NCBI GenBank assembly: GCA_020536535.1
Contig: JAHLWZ010000600.1
Coordinates: 1 to 51,552 of the forward strand
DNA from: Pelomyxa schiedti
Lineage: Eukaryota; Protista; Evosea
Direction: 5' to 3'
DNA length: 51,552 nucleotides
Both the position numbers and the translations under genes were made by a program. The stretch's first letter is position 1. Every line of letters begins with the position of its first letter. The notes beneath the pieces were generated by a model. It had not been told where the DNA came from and did no database searches. It worked only from the letters and a program-made list of their open reading frames with translations. Shown one piece after another: positions 1 to 11,280 of the stretch.

Positions 1-892
1 AGAGCAAGTGTAACCGGATCAGAACGAGCAAGTCCCCACTGTGTTACGATTAATATTTCGTAGTTAATAAATTAAATACTGTACAAACCCAAGGTTAACG
101 AGGGGAAAAATAGCTTACGACGGACACGAAAGAATAGCAAAGGCCCACAGCAACCGCAGAGATCACAACAACAGTCACATGGCAAAACGGCTGCGGAAGC
201 GGCCGCACTACACACCCACAACACCACCGAACATAAACCAGCCCCACAACGTGCCAGCAGGACTGTTCCGTATCCTTGACACAAGGCACCGAACTCTCCA
301 CAACCATTCAATGTGGTATTTACTGGAATTCTGCTGATCCCCTTCAACTCAATACCCAACTCGAAAGCAACAAATACCTGCCACTTTGAAGAATACAAGA
401 GAAAATCGAGTGTTGTCTTGGAAAAGAAAAAAAAGAAAAAGAGATTGGCCCAACAGATCTGTTCTATTTATTGCACCGACCGGCATTATTGGCTGCTGGA
501 GTAGAGCACTAGAATTAAAGCAAAAAGCACCAGGTAAGAAAACACGTGCAAAGACAAGGAGGGGTTTTTGAAGGCTTATGGGAAGTGCTCTGAGGAACTC
601 AGGTGCACAAGTAACCACAGTGATCTGCCAAAACTGCGTTGGCACAAAGCAATATCGACCCCCACCTGTGTCAGGATCCTGGTAGACTGACTTTGCCCAG
701 GGGAAACAACAGTTGGGGCACTACGGTGACCAAAAACGGAGCTCACCTTGTGAAGCAGGTCAAAAAAAAAATTTTTGGGGGATTTCCATACACGAAACCA
801 GATTGGAGCCGAGCCTACCAAAACTGTAGCCTCGAGACTGAACGAGCTTGTAGCTTTCTCTGCTGAAAGCCTGAGCTGCAGTTTAAATTCTA
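1..892. repeat. Dispersed repeat, near-identical to 11281-11992; this copy carries an extra 183 bp (121-303)
   Basis: 1-120 equals 11281-11400 base for base; 304-892 aligns to 11401-11992 with scattered substitutions. Cut by the window start and by the N gap. Confidence 0.95.
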
Positions 893-992
893 NNNNNNNN
901 NNNNNNNNNNNNNNNNNNNNNNNNNNNNNNNNNNNNNNNNNNNNNNNNNNNNNNNNNNNNNNNNNNNNNNNNNNNNNNNNNNNNNNNNNNNN

Positions 993-1055
993 GAAATCGG
1001 GTTCTTTGATACAACAAAATCTGGGGAACTTCTCAATAGATTGGCAGATGATTCA
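993..1055 (+). pseudogene. ABCB-family ABC transporter transmembrane-domain fragment (EIGFFDTTKSGELLNRLADDS)
   Basis: Matches the ABCB motif QEIxFFDxxxTGELxxRLxxD. Starts at the gap edge and is followed by GT and an in-frame stop. Confidence 0.65.
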
Positions 1056-1129
1056 GTTTGACTGCCTACAAGTTTTGACCATATGTACTAATAACAACAA
1101 CAAAAAAGGCAGGGAAATAGGAGGGGCAC

Positions 1130-1263
1130 TTGGGGAGAAGCAGGTTTGTCCCTGAGGCAATAAAAAGGAACACCAATCCCAGTGCGATCAGCCACCATTC
1201 TTGCTTGAGCAGTGACCCAAACCTTGTAAGTGGAACGTGTTTCGTGTGTGTAATCTCCTGATT
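1130..1263 (-). pseudogene. ABCB half-transporter first-TM exon (NQEITHTKHVPLTRFGSLLKQEWWLIALGLVFLFIASGTNLLLP), opposite orientation to the 993-1055 fragment
   Basis: Exon bounded by AG (1265-1264) and GT (1129-1128). The peptide resembles the ABCB10/TAP-like N-terminal TM helix. Confidence 0.5.
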
Positions 1264-1575
1264 CTGAAAAAGCCAATAGTGAGACAAAACAGTCTACAAT
1301 TCACACATCATGCATCTCTACCTCCTCTTCTTCCCTGGAAGACGATGACTCACCCCCTCCAAGGTGCCTCCACCCACGTGGCATCTGCGTTAATGCGAAC
1401 TGATTTAAAAGAATGATCTCATCTCCTATCGGTGTGACTCACTTCCCGTTCCCTCAACCGGATTACATGTGCCACGTGGCACCCAACATCATCCTCCAAC
1501 ACCCGGGTTCAGTTGATATGGAACCGCTGAAAGGAGGAAGTTCCCTCAATCAAAAAGGAAACCGAACACCATACC

Positions 1576-2556
1576 ATGGCCGACTTGTGAGTTTCCCCTC
1601 CTCGTTCCCATCATCATGCATGTCGACTGGGGATTTACGCTCGTTGTTTCTCAAGGGAGACTGTGACGTTGGAGGCCCTGGGACTTGCCGCGGAGGGCAA
1701 GTACGACGCCGCGTGCACCGTTTGCCGCTCGATGCTGCTCACACCCACGAAGCCCGAAGGCGTTCTCCACGTGGCCGCATTTCTGATTCTGAGGTTCGTG
1801 TACCAGATCGACCCTGACGCCGTCATCGGCCGCGGGAAGTCCACCGCCGTCGACCCCAAGGAGGCCTACTACAAAAAGGCAGCTTCGGCCTCTGTGGAAT
1901 CGCGGAGGTTCTTCGCGGGTGTGCTATCTCGCGTGTGGAAACGGCACAAGCTCGCGGGTGACAGGCACCACACCGAGCTCAGTGCGCTGTGCACTTACAT
2001 GCTGGGGTGCATGTACTTCTGGCCAATCGGCGTGGCGAAGGACGTCAAGAAGGCGGTTATGCTGTACAGGACAGGCGCCGACGACGGGTACTCATGGTCA
2101 CAGTTTGGCCTCGGGTGGTGCCTAGAGCATGGCCTGGGAACCACGGCCAATGCGGCCGAGGCATTTGAACTCTACAACATGGCGGCCCGAAAGGGGAATT
2201 CCGTGGCACAGGACAACCTCGGCTGGTGCTATGAGCATGGAATCGGGTGCCAAGCTGATGTGGAACAAGCCACCCGGTGGTACAAGACCGCTGCCGATTA
2301 TGGTTCCCAGTCGGCACACGCCCATTTGGCTGACCTCTTGATCACACATAACCCAAGATCTTTGGAGGTGGTAGCCTCCCTGCGCAAGTCTGCAATGATG
2401 GGATGGCCCTATGCACAACTGAGGCTGTATGCCTGCTACAAAGACGGGTACACAACCAAAGATTCACGTGAGGCTCTGAGATGGTGTAGACTTGCCGCTT
2501 TTCAAGGGAGTGCACTGGCTATGGATATTATTAGAAAGGCTACTGCATCCTCGTAA
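1576..2556 (+). CDS. Sel1-like repeat (SLR) protein; intron 1587-1655
   Basis: ATG GCC GAC TT|gtgagt...tcaag|G GAG joins in frame (MADLETVTLEAL...). It has repeated SLR motifs (QFGLGWCLEHGLG, AQDNLGWCYEHGIG, AQLRLYACYKDG, A..W...AA..G). Confidence 0.9.
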
Positions 2557-2936
2557 TTGTTGTACAAAAAACACAGAGCTTCTTTCATCTCTGGTCTTGG
2601 TTCTTTTCCCGGGATACTGCGGGTAGGAGCTCGCCAGTGTTCTTCTGGTAATCAAACAGTATTTCACATTGTTCCAAAATCCTGTTGCTGTGCCAGACCT
2701 TGTCCTTGTTACCTGTAGAAAAAAGCAGTTTTTCCTCAGCCACAAAACCACAATTGCTTTATTCACTCAGAGCAAGAAAGAGAACGTGTGTGACAGTGAA
2801 GGCCACTTGTAGCAAGTAGTCAAGTCAATTCAACAACTGAAAATTCTCCCACTCCCTTTACTATTTCGGGAAACACATCAGGGAATGACATCCCCTCCCC
2901 GAACAAACGAAAAATAAATTAACCTGTAACGGTTTG

Positions 2937-5423
2937 ATGATGAACGGGAGGCAGTCATTTGAAGCCAACCCGCCACAATTCCTTGAGGAGCTCCTTACCA
3001 GGGCCATCGAGATCGTCCCACGTGACCCCGCCGTCGCCTTCGAGCCCGAGCCCGCGGCCGACCCCGAAGCGCCTCCTCCGAGCCCCCGCACCGCCGCCGC
3101 GGCGCGGCACCGCGCCCTTCGGAAGAGGGCCGCGCTGCAGGGCTACTTGGTGCACTACGACGTCCTGCCCGCGGTGACGAGCGCCGTCTCGTGGCTGCAG
3201 GACGACGACACCGCGTGGCACCTGGCCTGGGGCCAGCCGGACCGCCGCAGACTGGTCACCCGCGTCGCCGATATTATGGGAGTGCTTGCCGACTGCGGCG
3301 ACCGCTCCGTCGTCGTACTTTTCGCGCAGCTGGCGTGCGCAATCGCGTCGTTCGACCCGCTGTGGGACCTCCTGGGGCTGACCGAACTGACCCATAATGA
3401 CAAAAGACTGCCCTGCATCGCCCTGATCTCCAGCGCCCTCGAGCACTGCCGGTTCCGGATGTCCGAATTCCCGTGCAAGTGCAGCTTGTGGCACCGCGTC
3501 GTTCTCACCCCGGAATTCATCGACGAAATGTGCAGCTCCGTCGTCGCCATGGCCTCGATAGACGGCACACGCGTCCGCCTCAGGGACACAATCGCAACCC
3601 TGACCAGCTTCCAGTGCTGCTGGCCGGTTCTGCGAAAATACCAGGACCAGTTGTCAAACCTTCTCGTGAGCTGCATGTCGGACCCGCTGTCTTGCGGCAA
3701 GGCCGTTCTTTCCGCCACCGACTTTGTAATTCACCAGGAGCTTCCGGACCTCGTCGCGGCCGTTACCAAGGAGTCATTGAAGCTTCTGTCGGACCCGGAC
3801 ACGGACTCGGTTGTGTTCCATGAGTGCCTTACGATGTGGCAGGAGTTGTCACTGGCTAATAAGGAAATCGTTGTTGGGGTGTCGGGCAAACTGCTGGATG
3901 TGATTCTGGAGCGGCTGCCGAGCCTTACTGAATATGATTATGGGAGGACCAAGGCTACGAATACTGTATCTAGGATACTCGCGGCAAATAAGAACTTGTC
4001 AGCCAAAGTTGTTGAGTATGTGCAGCAGAACCATTACTCGGCTGAGAAGGAATTTCGAATTGCTGCTATATGTGCACTTTTTGCTTTGGCTCTAGCTGGA
4101 AACGAAATTGGAGAGACTCTTTTACTTGATGTGCTTTCTCTAGTCTTTGATGAAGACTCTGTATTGAGAGCTGCATCTATTAGGCTCTTTTCGGAAACGG
4201 TTTTGCGCTACTTGTCTTCCGTCTCTCTCCAAGCACTCTTTGAAAAATGTTGCACCCAATTATCTGTAGGGACACACATAAAGACCAACATTTTCGTATT
4301 CTTAAGACTGATAGAACACCAGCACGTTCCTGATGTACTCAAAAGCTTGAATGCCGTATTTGATTTTCTCCTCAGTCGCGATTTTGAATCTGATGAAGAA
4401 GGTAGAGAGTTGCTAGAGGCAGTTGATAGAATTTCCCCACCACTCGTAACACCGGAGCAAGTTGAACTTGTGCAATACTCGTGCCATGACGGGGCAATTA
4501 CTCCTCGACATTTCTGTCCTAGCATTGCCAATATTTATAGTTGCATTGTAAATGTAATTTCCTTATCGCCTTCTGATAACCGAATCAGGCTCTTGCAACT
4601 CTTTAGATCGTATATATGCAACTTGGATGAAGACCTTCTAATAGATCTCTTTGTTCAATGCTTTACATTATCAGCTTTTGGGGAGCATGATGTTGACTGG
4701 ATAGCCTCTATTGTTGCAGAACAAAGGATGAAAATTAAGGAGATACTGCTGTGTGTATCCCTGGTGTCAGGAATTGTGCCTCTAGCGAAGTTGGTACTAT
4801 CACCTGCAGTTGGAATCAACATAGAAACTAAACTGGCTGTACCGTTTCGTATCACCGCAACGAGAGGAATCAGGTCCGGTTGCATGACACCCTTACAAAT
4901 AGTATCCAAATGGTCAACCACAAACTGGCACTCATTACTGCAATTAGTACTGGACAGCGGGGCAAACCCCAACAGAGAAAGTGAACCCTTTCTCAGGACA
5001 GTACTGGAAACTGTAATTGAAAGGGATGATCAAGCCAGCCTCAGACTTCTTTTCAGGCATGGTGCTTCTATCCCAGAGGGCCGTGGAAAAGACATGATGG
5101 AATTCTGCACAAAGCGGAATTGTTTCTCAGCGGCGGAGTTTCTATGGCGGCAAGGAATTCTTCTTCCCCCGGAACACTCCACAACAAAGTACCACTACAT
5201 GTGCCACCCAGCCCATTGGTCCTACAAACACCACCGTGACTTCCCAGCCCTATTCCAGTCCATTATAGAAACCATCCTCACAGGGTGGTACCAGCACACC
5301 CACTACCATTCTGCCTATCAGCCGGATTCCCACATCAATTACACCAGACACCTTCTTGGACTTCTACCCCAGTCCATTCTGCTCCACTGCCTATCATTCC
5401 TCCCACTACCACATACACTGTGA
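2937..5423 (+). CDS. Intronless 828-aa HEAT/ARM-repeat protein with ankyrin repeats and a C-terminal F-box-like tail
   Basis: Helical HEAT-like segments (LLSDPDTDSVV, VFDEDSVLRAASIRL, EKEFRIAAICAL), ankyrin motifs (LVLDSGANPN, LRLLFRHGAS) and a terminal W..KHHRDFP..F...I...LLPQSILLHCLSFL motif. Confidence 0.8.
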   Translation: MMNGRQSFEANPPQFLEELLTRAIEIVPRDPAVAFEPEPAADPEAPPPSPRTAAAARHRALRKRAALQGYLVHYDVLPAVTSAVSWLQDDDTAWHLAWGQPDRRRLVTRVADIMGVLADCGDRSVVVLFAQLACAIASFDPLWDLLGLTELTHNDKRLPCIALISSALEHCRFRMSEFPCKCSLWHRVVLTPEFIDEMCSSVVAMASIDGTRVRLRDTIATLTSFQCCWPVLRKYQDQLSNLLVSCMSDPLSCGKAVLSATDFVIHQELPDLVAAVTKESLKLLSDPDTDSVVFHECLTMWQELSLANKEIVVGVSGKLLDVILERLPSLTEYDYGRTKATNTVSRILAANKNLSAKVVEYVQQNHYSAEKEFRIAAICALFALALAGNEIGETLLLDVLSLVFDEDSVLRAASIRLFSETVLRYLSSVSLQALFEKCCTQLSVGTHIKTNIFVFLRLIEHQHVPDVLKSLNAVFDFLLSRDFESDEEGRELLEAVDRISPPLVTPEQVELVQYSCHDGAITPRHFCPSIANIYSCIVNVISLSPSDNRIRLLQLFRSYICNLDEDLLIDLFVQCFTLSAFGEHDVDWIASIVAEQRMKIKEILLCVSLVSGIVPLAKLVLSPAVGINIETKLAVPFRITATRGIRSGCMTPLQIVSKWSTTNWHSLLQLVLDSGANPNRESEPFLRTVLETVIERDDQASLRLLFRHGASIPEGRGKDMMEFCTKRNCFSAAEFLWRQGILLPPEHSTTKYHYMCHPAHWSYKHHRDFPALFQSIIETILTGWYQHTHYHSAYQPDSHINYTRHLLGLLPQSILLHCLSFLPLPHTL

Positions 5424-5714
5424 TCTGTCTGCCCCTCTCTTTCTGTGTTTTTGTACAATAGGTTCATTATCACCAATTCACATAAGAGTTTCAAAACTAT
5501 TTTTTTTCATGTATTAATTCGTTTCTGTTGAATAGTGTGGGAAAAGAACAAGCTTTTTGAAAGCCAATGTGGGCAACTGGCTGTGTGGGGAGATGGGTTG
5601 GTGTCAGTGGTGAGTATCCAGATGATAATAATTTTGATGAGACAACAACCTGAATGCCCATTGTTGCCTGTTGCTGGTTGGTTGTTGGTGACTGGCCAAA
5701 AAATCCCACTCAAT

Positions 5715-6037
5715 CAATGGCTGTGCGTTATGGGGTGGTGGTGTGAGTTGAGGGAGAGAAGGAGGAAGAAGAAGAAGAAGCCAAAAGAGGCATTCTCCCA
5801 CCACTACTACCACCCACCGCGCCCAACAGCAACAAACCACAATGCCCCAAAAAAGCAAAGGATTGTTGTGGTGGACAACCCACAATGGCTGTGCGTTATG
5901 GGGTGGTGGTGTGAGTTGAGGGAGAGAAGGAGGAAGAAGAAGAAGAAGAAGATGCCAAAAGAAGCATTCTCCCACCACTACTACCACCCACCGCGCCCAA
6001 CAGCAACAAACCACAATGCCCCAAAAAAGCAAAGGAT
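5715..6037. repeat. Direct tandem duplication, period about 168 bp, containing (GAA)n and (CCA/CTA)n tracts
   Basis: caatggctgtgcgttatggggtgg... starts at 5715 and again at 5883. The copies differ mainly in the length of the GAA tract. Confidence 0.95.
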
Positions 6038-8326
6038 GGTGGGGGGGTCCACATGATGATGATGATGACGAAGACACAATGTAGACGATACAGCAATGTT
6101 ACAGTATTATAAGTAGTAGTGCCGCGGAATATATGTGGCCTACCGTTGCTTTGTGTAGATTTTGTGGTTAGTGTTGCCGCTGTTTGTTGTACTTTTTTTT
6201 GTTTTGATGTAATTTTTTCCCAGATACTATGGTTCAGATAATCAAAGGCGCGGGCAGATTTCCTTTGTGGTGGCCTGGCCGGGGCCGTTACTACGAAGTC
6301 GGCTTTCTGGCACAGCAAGGAAATGGAAGAAAACGGCGACGGACGATCTGACGTGTATCGTATTGAAGCAAAACAAGCCCCAAGCCTCCAGCAGATCTCC
6401 ACCCTGTCAAGACGCAAGATGCCGCATAGTGACTGCCAAGCCCGAAGCGATGCTCCAGCACCAGATCTGCATGAACGCGCCAAGGCGGAGAGACTGCAAC
6501 TAGAAAAAGCGGCGGCCGCAACGGCGTCGGCAGATCCAGCTGCCGAGCGTCTGAGCGACAAAGAAAGCGATGGCGAGCGCGGCGGCGCCCCCCCCCATCT
6601 GCTGCGACAACACCACCAGAAACTGCAACTGCAACAATCACAACGCCTCTCTCGGTGGCGGTGGATGGCGCCCATAGCAGCAGCACCTGTTCATCGGCGA
6701 ACGGCGATAGCAATAGCGAGAGTGCAAGCGAATCTGGCAGGACTAACTTCGACGGGAAGCGCCAGCTCTTCAGGCAAAAAATGTAGTACTGGACAATCCC
6801 TTCAAAACCTAACCAGTTCTCAGGTGAAACCGTTGCTCCTGTGACAATTGATGCTGGGACCGCAGAGATGCCATGCTGATCACTGTTACCATTAACACAG
6901 ACGCTAGAGGTGCAATTCACACGAGAAACTACGGCACACTTGGAAAGTGCGGCATATGTTCTTTGGGAATATGACGAGGTCAACATGTACCGCGTGTGGT
7001 TGAAGATTAAGAGTCCAGATGGTGGATTTGCATGGAGAGGAATGCTACGAATCCATGGCTCTTCTTGCCACCACACAGGTGACTTCAAACCAAATCACGA
7101 AGGCTGGGAAAACTGTTAAGCCCGAGGTCACCAAGTTCCGGTTTTGCCGCTTCTCGTGGACTGGTGTCTTCCACGTCACACATCTCGTGTCATTGCCTCA
7201 TGTAATCACATCCCTGTTAATCAGAACAGTCCTGTGACTCAAAATGCCTCTATGGGCCACAGGCCTTGCTCTCCAAGGTGTCACTTATCGTGGCAAACTT
7301 TAACGGTGAAGAACCTGTATTTGCCTGTAAGCCAAATGATCATGACCCTCTGATTGCAACACAGCTTGGCATCGCAATTTCTGTATGTGTTCTGGAAAAG
7401 TAATCTTACTGACCTCTTGTAATTACAGATGAAAGCAGGTTTTGCCTTCAAGAATCTCCAAGCATTCCTTGAAACATCTGATAAATGCTGCTACTCAGGT
7501 TTCAATCATTTCCAGATCTCCTTCTGTTTCAATCCAGTGGCTATCAGATTAACTTTTCTCCTCTAGGTTTTCACACGTGTGTGTTAAAACCCCCCTTTCC
7601 TGGAAACGGAATTTCCACAGGAGAGCCTTGGTGGAGTATCAAGGATGAGCTGTTTACGTGTTCAATCATTGTTGCACATTCTAGAATCTCATATGAATGT
7701 GAAGGACTATGCCAGCATATGTGCAAGATTGGCGCCATACTGGTTTGAAGCTGAGAGCTGTACTGCTGTGGATGAACTTGTTTTCTAGAATCGCCTTTTG
7801 AAGGCAGAACTCTCACTGGCACCTCATCAACTCGAAGGACTTGCATGCAACACATTGTGGTATTCCAGAATTCCAGAGTGGATGCTTCACTCACAAGTTG
7901 GAGCATCTTTCTGCCAACAGCCGACATACCCCCCAAAATCACATCCACCACCAAACTGGGAATTCCTCAAGCTATTCTTGCTCTTTGGGGAGGAGACAAT
8001 ACCCTCAGGGCCTATCAACAGAATTATTACTGTTGGGGGACCTCACCCTCACAGAGCTGCTTTACTGACTTGTCTGATATTCAAGAAAACCAATGCAATT
8101 GTGAGACTCACCAAATTACCCACCCAGTCATTCAGGTGCACAAACCCCTTCAAGCTGCAGAAGTCATTAAGAAACCCAGTTCAAGACAGTTACTCAGCAT
8201 TGGGTTTTAGGTTTTCCAAAAAACTCACATCTAAATTTCAGAAAAAGGTGGGGGACAAAGAGGACTGGAACCCATTCTATCCATGTTTCTTTTTCGGTGA
8301 TTCAATCTTCATGCTCGTTTTGATGC

Positions 8327-9665
8327 ATCCCCAACTGGTGCAGTGAGTGATGTGACGCCAATGGACAACAAGGCCAAGTGGGTAGACTTAAACAAAGTCG
8401 TTGGGCACTACGGTCTTTTGGCTGGCCACATATGCTTTCCCCCCCCGCCATTTTCCTCCCACATCCATCTTTTTTTTTTCCCCTATCCTGCTTTGTACTT
8501 ATTGTTGCCAGGATTTTCAAGTAGAGGGTGCTTTGTGAAGATTGCATAACTTCCCTGTTCTTGTGGTAAGATTTGCGTGCCACTTATGTTATTTTACTTG
8601 TTGTGCAGGTTGGAGCAGGCGGTCTTGGGTGTGAGCTTCTCAAGAACTTGGCTTTATCAGATTTTTGCAACATACACGTGATCGATATGGATGCGATTGA
8701 GGTTCAACTTCTTAATGGCTTCATTGCCCTTAATCTTGCAAATACACAGTATTCGAACTTGAACAGACATTGTTTTATTCGGGTACTCACCCGTTTCATT
8801 CTCAATACACTTAATAAGGTACAGGGCAACAGACATAAAACGTCCCAAGGCTACCGTGGCTGCAGAGCTTATAAACAGGTGGGCGTTTTGTCCATCTATA
8901 ATAAGGGTGGACGTGGCTTTACAATTAAGCCTTAGAAATTATCTACACTTCGTCCCAGGTGTATCACGGGAGCAAATGTAGTTCCACATGTATTCATGGT
9001 GCATAGCAAGCCAGCTTCCTTTTATAAACAATTTAAGCTCGTAATTTCCGGCTTGGACTGTATTCCTGCTCGCAGGCATGTTCATCCATTTTGTTCAACT
9101 GAATAACTTCCTACAGGTGGCTAAATGACATGCTCTGCAGTCTTGTAGAACGGGACTCTGAAGGAAACGTTGATCCTTTTACAATCATTCCTCTTATTGA
9201 CGGTGGCATGGAAGGGTTCAAAGGTCATGCAAGGATCATTCTTCCATACATCACTGCCTGCTTTGAGTGCACCATCGACGCCTTTCCCCCCACAGGTAGA
9301 TTCAGGTTCTTTGCACTTGCATTTACTTGTTCTCCAGACGAAATACCCTGTCTGTACTATAGCGTCAGAGCCACGTCTTCCGGAACACTGCATCGAGTGG
9401 GCGTAACAGGTATTAAATGCCCCCTCACCAGCTCCAATACTTCAAATTGTGTGTGGTTTTCTTTCTCTATTGCCCAACTAACATTCAACCAGGCTGATTT
9501 GATGCGGTACTCTACAAAGTCATCTGGTGGAACAAAAAGGACACCAAAAAGGAAAGTCACACTGTTCTTCATTTCACTGTTCACTACAAAGAAAAGATGC
9601 ACTGTTGTCCAGCCCACCTTTGATGGGGCCAAAGTTGGTGCAGTGGCTTGCAAAAGTCGTGAAGA
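8327..9665 (+). pseudogene. UBA3: NEDD8-activating enzyme E1 catalytic subunit (UBA3), frameshifted and 3'-truncated
   Basis: Exons encode [89 protein letters not shown] and YPVCTIASEPRLPEHCIEW. There are apparent +1 shifts near 8770 and 9290, and no IIPAVASTNA region follows. Confidence 0.85.
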
Positions 9666-9813
9666 AAAATCGCGGGTTCTCTGATGAGTAAACAAATGCC
9701 GCGAAAGTTGTTAGGGATGGGGTTTCCTTGTTTGGGCTCCAACACACGAGTTGCCTGCGACTTTTCTGCAGCCAACACCACCCTTCCTCTGCCCAGTGCA
9801 ATTTTTTTTTTTT
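9666..9813. mobile_element. Short T-tailed copy of the dispersed element (right end only)
   Basis: aaaatcgcgggttctctgatgagtaaacaaatg...cttcctctgcccagtgcaa(T)12 is shared with 16540-16684 and 28862-29007. Confidence 0.85.
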
Positions 9814-9849
9814 GTCAAAATTTTTGTCACGACTTCAATTGACTGCGTG

Positions 9850-10460
9850 GAGTTGCCATGGAATAAGCAAGTACATTGCCGCTGTACACCAGTGCATACC
9901 AGGGTATTCCTTACCACCCGAGAAGATAAGGAGTATCCCGCCAGACATAAGGTCGTCAAGAAGGTACAAGTGAATGCGGAGGCTGCAGAAGGAACGCTGT
10001 ATAATATAACACCTGCAGCTAATGTGAATTTGTGCATAGCCCCAGGAGTTGGAGCCAAGCTGAAGAAAGGAACTCTACCTATCTGTATCTCAATCCCAAG
10101 CAAGAGACTGCAAGAATCCCTGCTAGAACTGTGCTAGCAACCACACAGACCATGACAGAAAAGGATATAGCGTTTCTAAATGTACAAGAAGATTGCAGGC
10201 ATACTGCAGCAGAACCAGGAGGCAAAACACAGGAAGAGAATCTGGGGTCTGAGTTCGACAAGTATGATTGGGACAAAGCATTAGGACATCTTACAGTGGA
10301 GGAAGCACCAAAACTGTATTCGATTTTGGAGAGGTATAAAAAGCTTTTTGTGGAGAAGCTACATCCAGGTGAGCAAACAACACTCAGGAATGTGGCAGAT
10401 CATACTATAGATACCGGGGAGGCTAAGCCAGTGTCAGCATACACTGGGGAGGGACCTGTT
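9850..10460 (+). mobile_element. Ty3/Gypsy LTR-retrotransposon pol remnant (post-protease linker to start of RT)
   Basis: WDKALGHLTVEEAPKLYSILERYKKLFVEKLHPGEQTTLRNVADHTIDTGEAKPV is the typical Gypsy pre-RT pattern. It is frameshifted from the upstream YPARHKVVKKVQV...TLYNITP segment and breaks off before the RT core. Confidence 0.7.
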
Positions 10461-11280
10461 GTTGACCTTTGCAGCTGCACCATTTTATTGGTCTGTTCTC
10501 CTTTTCTTTCTTTTTTCTTCTTCTTCTTTTTTGCCTTGTGTTTGTCAATTTGTATTATTGAATAATAAAAACCTAAATAATTTCATTTTCAAATATATTA
10601 AATATATATTTAATATATCCCTGGCCTTAAACTTCCAACACAAATAAAATAAAACAGAAAGGTGATGCTGTGCTAATACTGGGTGAGGGTGTTTCTTTGT
10701 GGTGAATTCCACATCGAAATATGATACCACTTCATTGCTTGTACGCGCTGCTGCTGTAGGCACAAGGTTTGTTGCAAATAATTCGTATTATTTTATTATT
10801 TTTTAAAAATATCTTTTATAAGTACCTCTCACTCAAGGAAATAGTTTTTTTCGTAACATCAATGTCTTACTCCTTGGCCTTGTATGCCTGTTGAAGATTT
10901 TTATTTGACTTGTCCTGTGAGTACCGCTCAGGTTAAGGCACCGAGAACTTTTTTTTTTTAAAAAAAAAAAGTAAAAGGTACCAAATGTTTCTTAAGTGTA
11001 ACTACAGTACCAATGCGGTGGTAGACCATAGTTGTGGTGGTGTGGTATTGGGAGAGGGGAGTAGCATTCGAAAATACTACTGGACCAATTCACTTGGCAG
11101 GGTTCATATCTGTAATTTTGTTAGAAGCTAGTGAGAACTCGAGGGAAAACCTACCTTTACGAGTATGAGAAAAAGGGAGTCACTGTGACAAGCATGGCTC
11201 CAACGCGTAGCAGACCAAGAAAAAACGGACCCGCCAAAGAAAAGAAAATAGGTTCACAAGGAGCGGAAAGCACACCTCAA

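Noticed and set aside
121-303. 183 bp indel as precise intron loss
   Set aside because: No GT...AG boundaries on either strand, even allowing for microhomology shifts.
1109-1143. Plus-strand REIGGALGEK as the next ABCB exon
   Set aside because: The splice phase does not join to DDS, and the bases are better explained as the minus-strand exon end and its intron.
2955-3823. Long antisense and alternate-frame ORFs over the GC-rich gene start
   Set aside because: Shadow ORFs from high GC; the same applies to 23108-24100 and 34562-35252.
6323-7350. Possible gene (173 aa ORF plus a downstream exon-like TLEVQFTRE...CHHT)
   Set aside because: Frames are interrupted by stops and a C-run shift, and no family is recognised; cannot be supported as a gene.
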